Origin: Candidatus Helarchaeota ASGARD archaeon Hel_GB_B
Lineage (GTDB): Archaea > Asgardarchaeota > Lokiarchaeia > Helarchaeales > HEL-GB-B
Assembly: GCA_005191425.1 (NCBI GenBank)
Contig: SUPR01000077.1
Span: forward strand, 1-16,316
Direction: 5' to 3'
Length of the DNA stretch: 16,316 nucleotides
The notes under the pieces are model-generated. The model was not told the origin of the DNA. It saw nothing but the letters and a program-made list of their open reading frames with translations, and did not search any database. Positions 1-7,294 of the stretch are shown one piece after another. Both the position numbers and the translations under genes were made by a program. Numbering within the stretch: position 1 is the stretch's first letter; each line of letters opens with the position of its first letter.

Positions 1-28
1 TAACTAAAATCTTTTTGTTTTTTATCAT
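1..28 (-). CDS. Possible 5' end of a gene running off the window (MIKNKKILV...), resembling the first beta-strand of an NAD-dependent epimerase/dehydratase
   Basis: Minus strand from 28 reads ATG ATA AAA AAC AAA AAG ATT TTA GTT A, open to the edge, with GGT 4 nt upstream. K-K-I-L-V commonly precedes TGGxGFIG in extended SDRs (family knowledge). Only 9 codons are visible, and a second open frame from ATG 74 (MSCKKDK...) also reaches the edge. Confidence 0.4.
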
Positions 29-183
29 TGTAACCATTATTTAAATATTTACTTTTATCTTTTTTACAACTCATAATGAAAATTGATCAAGATCATTAAA
101 AATTAAAATATATATTGATTATTATAGAATAAGATATAAAATATTAAAAAATTGAGAATAAAAACATTTTGATTTAGTTAATA

Positions 184-903
184 TTAATTTTTATTTTTTA
201 ATAACTTAATGATTTCATCATTTTTTCTTTTAAATGCCATTGTCTTAAATAAAACCCACAGTATTCTCAATCCATCTTTTAGAACTTTTATATGAGATTT
301 TCCAACTTTTCGTTCATAAAAACTAATGGGTATTTCTTTGATTTTAATACGATTTTTTAATATTTTGACCAACAATTCCATACTAAACCCAAACCTTTTT
401 TCATCAAAAGGTTCAAGTTTTTCAATAATTTCTTTTTTAATAGCTCTAAAACCACTTTGTGAATAAGTAATTTTTTGTCTATAACAAATCCTTATAATCA
501 AGTGGACAAACAATTCACCAATCCTTTTATAGAGAGGAATTGGTTTTTCAATCCAACCAATGGTTCTAGACCCAATAGTGCACTCAACTTCTCCCTTGAT
601 TATTGGTTCTACTAAATTTTTAATCTCTTTTGGGTTATTTTGGCCGTCTGCATCAACAGTGACAATTATATCCCCTGTTGCATGTTTAATTCCATTTAGA
701 ATGGAGGCACCATAGCCCATATTATATTTATTCTTAACTACTTTAGCTCCATTATATTTTGCTTGTTGATATGTGTTATCAGTAGACCCATCATCCACAA
801 CAATTATTTCATGTTCCAATTCTTTAGGTATGGATAACAAAAAATCTTTAATAATTTTTCCTTCATTATAAGCCGGAATAATAATACTAATTTTTTTTTC
901 CAT
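184..903 (-). CDS. GT2 glycosyltransferase, polyprenyl/dolichyl-phosphate sugar synthase (DPM1/GtrB-like) type, 239 aa
   Basis: Motifs IIIPAYNE, VVDDGSTD, NMGYGAS, VTVDADGQ, SQSGFRAI, EIPISFYER..GKSHI..KDG. ATG at 903 is preferred over the track's TTG at 915 because MEKKISIIIP is a typical N-terminus. Confidence 0.9.
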   Translation of the reverse strand: MEKKISIIIPAYNEGKIIKDFLLSIPKELEHEIIVVDDGSTDNTYQQAKYNGAKVVKNKYNMGYGASILNGIKHATGDIIVTVDADGQNNPKEIKNLVEPIIKGEVECTIGSRTIGWIEKPIPLYKRIGELFVHLIIRICYRQKITYSQSGFRAIKKEIIEKLEPFDEKRFGFSMELLVKILKNRIKIKEIPISFYERKVGKSHIKVLKDGLRILWVLFKTMAFKRKNDEIIKLLKNKN

Positions 904-1212
904 ACCTTGAATCAATCCATAAAATTGATTATGATGTTAAATTTTGATTTTATATGTATTTTAAAATGTCATTCTAAACTTTTTGAAATTAATTGTTTTG
1001 TTCTTATATGCTTAATTAAAATTAAAAGTTTTTCCATTAAATATTGTTTGTATTTTTAGGGGATTATTTAATTAACGGAAATAATTTACAAACGATATAC
1101 ATGATTAGGTTAAAATAAAAATGTGATAAAATGCATATATCATTTAAAAATTAGTGTACTAAATAAATAAATAAAAATGAATAAATTAAATGTGTGTAAA
1201 TGAATAATTATC

Positions 1213-1232
1213 ATATTTAATTGATTAAATAT
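1213..1232. repeat. Perfect inverted repeat ATATTTAAT-TG-ATTAAATAT in the long divergent intergenic region
   Basis: Read directly: 9-bp arms, 2-nt spacer. The arms are pure A/T, so functional significance is uncertain. Confidence 0.5.
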
Positions 1233-1307
1233 TGAAAATATTTTGAAATAACTAATTTTATTTACATAAAAATACAATTTTATTTTGAAATTTTATATAA
1301 ATAAAAA

Positions 1308-1321
1308 ATTTTCATGAAAAT
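1308..1321. repeat. Perfect 14-bp palindrome ATTTTCATGAAAAT
   Basis: Read directly. A one-mismatch copy (ATTTTTATGAAAAT) lies at 9311-9324 in another divergent intergenic region. Confidence 0.45.
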
Positions 1322-1767
1322 ATATCAAGAAATTTATATTAAAAGATTTTAAAGATGATAAAGAGGAGAGACATCAAATTTAATGAATAATTTAATTGAT
1401 TGAAATTTATTTTAAAAACCATTTAATTAAAAAAATAATATTTAATGTTAATAAAATCAAAAAATTTATGAATATAATAAACAAAGACATTCTACCCAGA
1501 TTTAATTTAAGACCAAATAAGAATTAATGGAACATTTCATATAAAAAAAAGAGAATTCAGAATTTAAATTAAATAAAGAAGGAATTATCTAATAAGAAAT
1601 CTTAATTAATGTATTAGAGAAATATCGACCATGGGTTAAATAATTAAATTAAAGAAATAATTTACTATTCTATGCAATATCATAACGATAGAAATTTTGT
1701 ATTAACAATAAATGAAAAATTTACCAAAATAAAAAAAATATAAAATTTTAAAAATTGTATAAAAGAA

Positions 1768-3381
1768 ATGAGTAAAATAGATATGAGCGACAAAATTGTA
1801 GACATACAAGAGATAAGTGTTAATGCTACATGGAATTGGATATTCTTTATAATATCTACAATTTCGAATATAGCATTAAATATATTATATACGAATTTAT
1901 TAGGCCCGGAGTTATATGGAGAATATAAGATTGTTTTAATGATATATTCATTATTTAATTTATCTACAAATTTAATTAGTGGACTTGCAATAATAAAATA
2001 TGCATCAGCTCATGATAATAAAGAAAAAGGGATAAGTAAAGAATATTTTAAAGTAGGGTTATCAACTATATTGATGATTAAAGCATGTGTATTTATAATT
2101 TATATTTTTATAATTAGTAATATATTTGGTTCAGTATATTCGCCAGAAATAATCATGTATTCTAAAATTTATTTTATAATAATTTTAATTGAGCCTATAA
2201 ATACAATTTTTATAGCGTATAATGTTGCGATTTATAAAATTAAAAGGACGTTTATTATTTCTAGTTTTATACCGTTGTTATCATTAGTATTTTCGATTAT
2301 TGCGTTTTATTTTATTGAGATTTCAATCATGAGTTTATTAATATCAATTCTTTTATCGAATTTAATAATTTCAGTTATTTGGATTTATGTAATAATAAAA
2401 GATAGGCTATTCAGTAGGTTTAAATATTCGGATTTTAAATTATTAAAGCAATTATTTTTATATAGTATACCATTTTTTATTTCATCAGCAATATTTCAAG
2501 GAGTAAATTGGGCGGATGTATTTGCTGTAAGTGTCTATAGTATTGGAAATTCAGAATATAATGTAGGGATATATTCAGTTGCAAGGTCGACATTTATTTT
2601 AATAGTAGGATTGATGGACTCAATAATAGCAACATTGGCGCCAGCATTTGTAAATATATATAAAAAGGGAGACGTTAAAGAGCTGCAAGGTGCAATTGAT
2701 AAAGCGACAAAATATATTTCAATTTTATCGATTTTTTTATCATTAAGTTTAATTATTTTGTCCCCAATGCTTTTCAACTTGATATATCCGGCATATGAAT
2801 TAGCAGTGCCCATTTTGCAAATATTTTTGTTAGAACTTCCGTTAGGATGTACTGGAAGGATGTTATCACAATTAATATCAGCATCAAATAGAAAAATACT
2901 TTATAAATCGTTAGTAATTCCAATAATACAGTCTATAGTAAGTATTGGACTTATTTATTTATTTATGATATATTTTCAATTGGGGTTATATGGCGCTGTT
3001 ATTGGTGTACTTTTAGGAAGAATTTCAGGGGTGTTCTATGAATTATATTTTATGAAAAAAGTGATGAAGGTCGGAATAAAGTTTAAGTATTTTGTTAATC
3101 CACTAATATCCGGGTTAATTACATTATGTATTCTAATATTACCGTATTATATATTTAATTTTCTTGATATTTATAGAACATTCAATTTGATTTTAAAGAG
3201 TGCTATTTTGTTTTTTGTATCATGCATTTTTATGATATTATTTTCGATCGTTTTGATTTTATTAAGGACGTTTGATGATTATGATTATAAAAATCTTAAA
3301 ATTTTCTGTCAGAAGCGCTATTTATTGACTATTTTTGGTAAGCCAATATTATATTTAATTAATAAATTTAAAAAGAGTTGA
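1768..3381 (+). CDS. Oligosaccharide flippase, Wzx/MATE-like (MOP superfamily), 537 aa
   Basis: Many hydrophobic segments; N-terminal LYTNLLGPELYGEY, central ADVFAVSVY...VGIYSVA, APAFVNIYKKGD, FQLGLYGAVIG, which fit polysaccharide-flippase patterns; glycan-cluster context. Alternative start at ATG 1783. Confidence 0.88.
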   Translation: MSKIDMSDKIVDIQEISVNATWNWIFFIISTISNIALNILYTNLLGPELYGEYKIVLMIYSLFNLSTNLISGLAIIKYASAHDNKEKGISKEYFKVGLSTILMIKACVFIIYIFIISNIFGSVYSPEIIMYSKIYFIIILIEPINTIFIAYNVAIYKIKRTFIISSFIPLLSLVFSIIAFYFIEISIMSLLISILLSNLIISVIWIYVIIKDRLFSRFKYSDFKLLKQLFLYSIPFFISSAIFQGVNWADVFAVSVYSIGNSEYNVGIYSVARSTFILIVGLMDSIIATLAPAFVNIYKKGDVKELQGAIDKATKYISILSIFLSLSLIILSPMLFNLIYPAYELAVPILQIFLLELPLGCTGRMLSQLISASNRKILYKSLVIPIIQSIVSIGLIYLFMIYFQLGLYGAVIGVLLGRISGVFYELYFMKKVMKVGIKFKYFVNPLISGLITLCILILPYYIFNFLDIYRTFNLILKSAILFFVSCIFMILFSIVLILLRTFDDYDYKNLKIFCQKRYLLTIFGKPILYLINKFKKS

Positions 3382-3392
3382 ATTTATAATTT

Positions 3393-4517
3393 TTAGACAA
3401 TTTTTTTATAAGTTTCTACTATTTTTTCAGCAATTTTCTTGCTATTAAAATTGTTAATAGCGTATTCTCTCGCATTTTTAGACCATATATTTAGATCTTC
3501 GTTTAAGAGACGGTTAATTGCATCTGCCAATTTCATAAAGTTCATAGGAGGGACTAATATTCCTGAATATTCATGCTTGACTACTTCGGGGATTGAGCCA
3601 GACCAGGTAGAAATTACGGGAGTTCCGCATGCCATTGCCTCGATAAATACAAAACCAAATTGTTCGGTCCAAAAGTGGGTTGGAATACTGGGTACGACCA
3701 TTATATCTGCTATATTATATAGATCAGGAGTTTTTTCATAGGCAACGTTCCTTAAGAACCTAATATTTTTATGTATTCCTAACTTAAGAACCAGGTTATT
3801 GATATTTGTGCGTTCCGTTCCATTTCCTACAATTATAAGTATTAGATTTTTATGGCTCTTCAATAATTTGTAGAATGCATAAATTAGACTATAAATTCCC
3901 TTTTCCCAGACCAAGCGTCCTATAAAAAGAATTATTTTTGAATTTTCTGGAATATTAAGAAGTTTAAGCAATTTAGTATTTTTTGTTTTTGGAGCAAATG
4001 TTTGGATGTTAACACCACAAGGGATAACAGAAATTTTATCCTCAGAAACACCTTCAATGATTAAAGATTCTTTAGCGCGATTAGTGATTGCAATAAAATG
4101 CTTGGCATTTTGAAAAGTAGATTTTATGATCTTTAGAAATGGCTTTTTATGATAGTTAAAAGGAATATTTTCCCAAATTGTAACTATAGTAGGTTTACCA
4201 GATTTGATTGCTTGGTAAGTAAATATATGATATGTTTCTGCTGTATGGAGTAAGTCCATATCCTTTACAATTTTATTAAAACCCTTTAAAAAATAATCTA
4301 AATTTAATTTCTTTTGTATGTACAACTTTAAATATGGTATTTTATTAAGATAACTTAATTGATGGGTTTCAATTATTGGAAATTTTATACCTTGGATGTT
4401 GTAGAAATGTTCTTTGGGGACTATTCCCACAACATTAATTCCAAGTTCCGGGACGAACTCAAAAGTCTGCATTTCCCACTTATTAAAAAATGGTCCGCGA
4501 ATAATTCCAACTTTCAT
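3393..4517 (-). CDS. GT4 (GT-B fold, retaining) glycosyltransferase, 374 aa
   Basis: Motifs IPCGVN, ILFIGRLVWEKG, IVGNG, E-X7-E (EQFGFVFIE)AMACGTPVI. Start moved from 4559 to ATG 4517 (MKVGIIRG), which has GGTG 8 nt upstream and removes the overlap with rfbH. Confidence 0.92.
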   Translation of the reverse strand: MKVGIIRGPFFNKWEMQTFEFVPELGINVVGIVPKEHFYNIQGIKFPIIETHQLSYLNKIPYLKLYIQKKLNLDYFLKGFNKIVKDMDLLHTAETYHIFTYQAIKSGKPTIVTIWENIPFNYHKKPFLKIIKSTFQNAKHFIAITNRAKESLIIEGVSEDKISVIPCGVNIQTFAPKTKNTKLLKLLNIPENSKIILFIGRLVWEKGIYSLIYAFYKLLKSHKNLILIIVGNGTERTNINNLVLKLGIHKNIRFLRNVAYEKTPDLYNIADIMVVPSIPTHFWTEQFGFVFIEAMACGTPVISTWSGSIPEVVKHEYSGILVPPMNFMKLADAINRLLNEDLNIWSKNAREYAINNFNSKKIAEKIVETYKKIV

Positions 4518-4525
4518 AACAAAAA

Positions 4526-4529
4526 CACC
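4526..4529 (-). promoter_or_regulatory. Shine-Dalgarno-like GGTG; similar GGT(G) motifs at 7277-7280(-), 9169-9172(-) and 13176-13179(+), and GGAG at 15190-15193(+)
   Basis: G-rich motifs 5-8 nt upstream of the inferred starts in otherwise G-poor DNA. Confidence 0.55.
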
Positions 4530-4533
4530 AATT

Positions 4534-5850
4534 TTATAAATTATCAAAAAATTCGTCAAAACACTTTTTCATATATTCTCGCATTTCATTAGTGATACCA
4601 GGGTAAATTCCAAACCAGAATGTATTATTCATAATATAATCAGTATTTTTAAGGTCATCAATAACTTTATATTCTATTTCAGAATATGCTGGTTGTCTTA
4701 AAATATTGCCGGAAAAAAGAGGACGAGTAGCTATTTTCTTATTTTCAAGAAAGTTTACAATATCATTTTTAGTAAATGATACACCCTCTTTTATTGTAAG
4801 AATAAACCCAAACCAAGCAGGACTTGCTTTAGGAAGCGATTTTGGTAAATAAAAGTATTTGGAGTATTTTTTAAAATAATTATAGAAGAAATTAAAATTA
4901 TTTTTCCTTTTTTCAATAAAATTTGATAATTTTTTTAACTGTTCAACTCCTATTGCAGGTTGCATATCGACCACTTTTAAATTATATCCAATATGAGAAT
5001 AAATATATTTATGGTCATAACCAAAAGGCAATTTTCCCAATTGCCAACCAAATCTTTTACCACAAGTATTGTCATGTCCGGGTTCACACCAACAGTCCCG
5101 GCCCCAATCGCGGAATGATTTGATGATTCTATATAAATTTAGGTCATTAGTAATTAATGCGCCACCTTCACCCATTGTGATGTGATGTGCAGGATAAAAA
5201 CTGAAGGTTGAAATATCTCCGAATGTACCTACAAATTTATCATCAAATTTTGACCCTAATGCATCACAACAATCTTCAATTAAAAATAAATTATAGTCTT
5301 TTACAATTTCTAGTATTTTTTCTATATTAAATGGGTTTCCTAGAGTATGAGCTAAAACGATTGCTTTTGTTTTGTTAGTGATAACCTTTTGAATATCATC
5401 TACCTTAATATTATATGTCCCAATTTGAACATCTAAGAATACCGGGATTGCATTAATTTGAATTATTGGGTTTATTGTTGTTGGGAATGCTGCTGCAACT
5501 GTAATTATTTCGTCATTTCGTTTGATCCGTCGGTCCTCAAGTTTTGGCGATGTTAATGCTGAAAGTGCTAGAAGATTAGCAGACGAGCCAGAATTTGTGA
5601 GGACTGTATATTTGGAATTTAATAATTTTGAAAATTCATATTCAAATTTTCTTGCAAATCTACCTTCAGTTAACCAGAATTCTAAGGCAGAGTCCACTAG
5701 AGAAATTATTTCTTTTTCATCATATACTCTACCTGCGTATGGAACTTTAGATTTTCCAGGAATGAATTTAGCACTAGCTTTTTTTAGATTATATAATTCT
5801 TTTATTTTTTCATATATGATATTTTTAATTTCTTGTTCTTTTGAAATCAT
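4534..5850 (-). CDS. rfbH: CDP-4-keto-6-deoxyglucose 3-dehydrase (E1; RfbH/DdhC/AscC family), PMP and [2Fe-2S] dependent, 438 aa
   Basis: Motifs FIPGKSKVPYAGRVYD, WLTEGRF, NSGSSANL, EDCCDALGS, SFYPAHHITMGEGG (His at the Lys position of DegT-type aminotransferases), GRDCWCEPGHDNTCGKRF...YDHKY (C-X-C-X7-C plus His). Confidence 0.96.
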   Translation of the reverse strand: MISKEQEIKNIIYEKIKELYNLKKASAKFIPGKSKVPYAGRVYDEKEIISLVDSALEFWLTEGRFARKFEYEFSKLLNSKYTVLTNSGSSANLLALSALTSPKLEDRRIKRNDEIITVAAAFPTTINPIIQINAIPVFLDVQIGTYNIKVDDIQKVITNKTKAIVLAHTLGNPFNIEKILEIVKDYNLFLIEDCCDALGSKFDDKFVGTFGDISTFSFYPAHHITMGEGGALITNDLNLYRIIKSFRDWGRDCWCEPGHDNTCGKRFGWQLGKLPFGYDHKYIYSHIGYNLKVVDMQPAIGVEQLKKLSNFIEKRKNNFNFFYNYFKKYSKYFYLPKSLPKASPAWFGFILTIKEGVSFTKNDIVNFLENKKIATRPLFSGNILRQPAYSEIEYKVIDDLKNTDYIMNNTFWFGIYPGITNEMREYMKKCFDEFFDNL

Positions 5851-6731
5851 TTTTTCAGTTCACTTATTTTATTATACATTTTTTTTAATCCTACAATAGG
5901 GGTAGACATTTTAACATTTATAGTCCTAAGTAATTTATCAATTTTCAAGCCCGCATTGAGTGGCCTTGCAGCTACTTGACCTAGATCCTTCGTATAAACA
6001 GGTATTATTAATGTTGGGTCTAGATCAAATATATCAGCGGCAATTAAAGAAAACTGATAACGTGAAATTAATTCACTACCTACAACATTGAAAATGCCAA
6101 TTTGATCTTTTTGGACTAATTGTAAAGTAGCTTCAGCTAGATCTTCTACATATGTAGGAGTTCCTATTTGGTCTTTGGGAACTTTCAATATTTTATGATC
6201 TTTAAGTGTATCTATTAAACGATATATAAAGTTTTTTCTATTTCTTTCCCATCCATAGACAATTGTAGTCCTAATTATAAGATAATTTGATAAATTAGAT
6301 TTAATATTATTTTCAGTTTCTAATTTAGCTTTTCCATAATTATTAAGAGGATTTGGTAAATCAGATTCGGAATAAGGACCATTTTTACCATCAAAAATAT
6401 AGTCTGAAGAATAAAAAACTAATTTGATGTTGGACTTTTTAAGTAAATTAATTATATTTAAAGGCCCTTTAACGTTATATTTCCAACAGTCATCAAAATT
6501 GATTTCACAATATTCTACATTTGGCATTGCGGCAGGTAATAAGATTACGCTTGGCTTGAATTCAGAAATGATTGAATTTAATTCATTTTGGTCTAAGAAA
6601 TTTAAGTGTACCAGGTCTTTTGTTTTATTTGAATAGTAAGTTCCTAATATATCAAAATTTTTTGAAAATTTTTGAAATAAAGAGTACCCTAGGAACCCTG
6701 AAGCACCGATTATGAGGATTTTTGTATTCAT
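5847..6731 (-). CDS. RmlD-like NDP-4-keto-6-deoxyhexose 4-reductase (extended SDR), about 294 aa; nucleotide specificity uncertain
   Basis: Motifs IIGASGFLG, AAMPNVEYCE, YSSDYIFDG, PNPLNNYGKAK (YxxxK), IIRTTIVYG, DQIGTPTY. Its TGA overlaps the rfbH ATG (ATGA, 5847-5850). The start is probably ATG 6731; the track gives 6755. Confidence 0.88.
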   Translation of the reverse strand: MNTKILIIGASGFLGYSLFQKFSKNFDILGTYYSNKTKDLVHLNFLDQNELNSIISEFKPSVILLPAAMPNVEYCEINFDDCWKYNVKGPLNIINLLKKSNIKLVFYSSDYIFDGKNGPYSESDLPNPLNNYGKAKLETENNIKSNLSNYLIIRTTIVYGWERNRKNFIYRLIDTLKDHKILKVPKDQIGTPTYVEDLAEATLQLVQKDQIGIFNVVGSELISRYQFSLIAADIFDLDPTLIIPVYTKDLGQVAARPLNAGLKIDKLLRTINVKMSTPIVGLKKMYNKISELKK

Positions 6732-6820
6732 TAACTCTTCAAACTCCAACATCAAAATTTAAAATACAAAATATGGCAGTTAAAAAGTCATATAATTTGT
6801 TTAATTGTTATTATAATTAT

Positions 6821-7270
6821 TTAACCATGTTTTATATTCCAATTATAACCAATTTCCTTATCAAAAGGGTCTATTCTAACAATTTCATTAGGGTCATAAG
6901 GGTGGGTAGCGCAGTTAGCAACTATGGCTTTTTTATTACCAACTGCTTTAAATCCATTAATAATACCAGGTGGTACTTGAACTAAACAATAATTATCTTC
7001 CCCGATAAAAATTTCTTGAAGTTCTTTATAGGTAGTTGAACCTTTTCGATTATCATATAAAACTAATTTAATATTGCCCACAATGACAGCATAATTTAAT
7101 GTCATTTCTTTATGCAAATGCCAGCCTTTTATTGCATTTGGAAATATACATGAAAAATAAATTTCTCCAAATTGTTGAAAATGAGGATCAGTTTTTTTAA
7201 GCATGTGCATTACGATACCTCTTTCGTCCATTATCTTTTTTAATGGTATTATTTTAACGCCTTCAATCAT
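6821..7270 (-). CDS. RmlC-like cupin NDP-4-keto-6-deoxyhexose epimerase, short type, 149 aa
   Basis: Motifs DERG, EIYFS, IKGWHLH, LYDNRKGSTT, VPPGIINGF, YNW. ATG 7270 has GGTG 6 nt upstream; the track's start at 7282 is a TTG lying upstream of that motif. Confidence 0.88.
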   Translation of the reverse strand: MIEGVKIIPLKKIMDERGIVMHMLKKTDPHFQQFGEIYFSCIFPNAIKGWHLHKEMTLNYAVIVGNIKLVLYDNRKGSTTYKELQEIFIGEDNYCLVQVPPGIINGFKAVGNKKAIVANCATHPYDPNEIVRIDPFDKEIGYNWNIKHG

Positions 7271-7294
7271 AAAATACACCAATTCAATAATTAA

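Noticed and set aside
931-1059. 42-aa Cys-containing ORF MMLNFDFICILKCHSKLFEINCFVLICLIKIKSFSIKYCLYF
   Set aside because: Its composition (F, L, I, C) is what T-rich noncoding DNA yields; no RBS, leader/core structure or neighbouring modification enzymes to support a peptide.
2535-2813. 92-aa minus-strand ORF
   Set aside because: Antisense shadow wholly inside the flippase; no motifs.
1768-3381. Flippase appears CpG/NCG-rich, hinting at foreign origin
   Set aside because: Rough hand counts give about 1.9 CpG per 100 bp, but the GT4s and rfbH are similar (about 1.6-1.8). Only the WbbL-like GT2s are low (about 0.4-0.8), so amino-acid composition may explain it; a proper codon analysis is needed.
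4534-5850. DegT/DnrJ sugar aminotransferase
   Set aside because: The Schiff-base Lys is replaced by His and the Fe-S ligands are present, which is diagnostic of E1.
3439-5899. Plus-strand ORFs 3439-3741, 4359-4592, 4923-5123 and 5522-5899
   Set aside because: Antisense to the well-supported GT4 and rfbH genes; no recognisable protein features.
5847-7270. Calling the pair rmlC/rmlD of a dTDP-L-rhamnose pathway
   Set aside because: No rmlA/rmlB in the window and the genes are embedded in a CDP cassette, so symbols were withheld.
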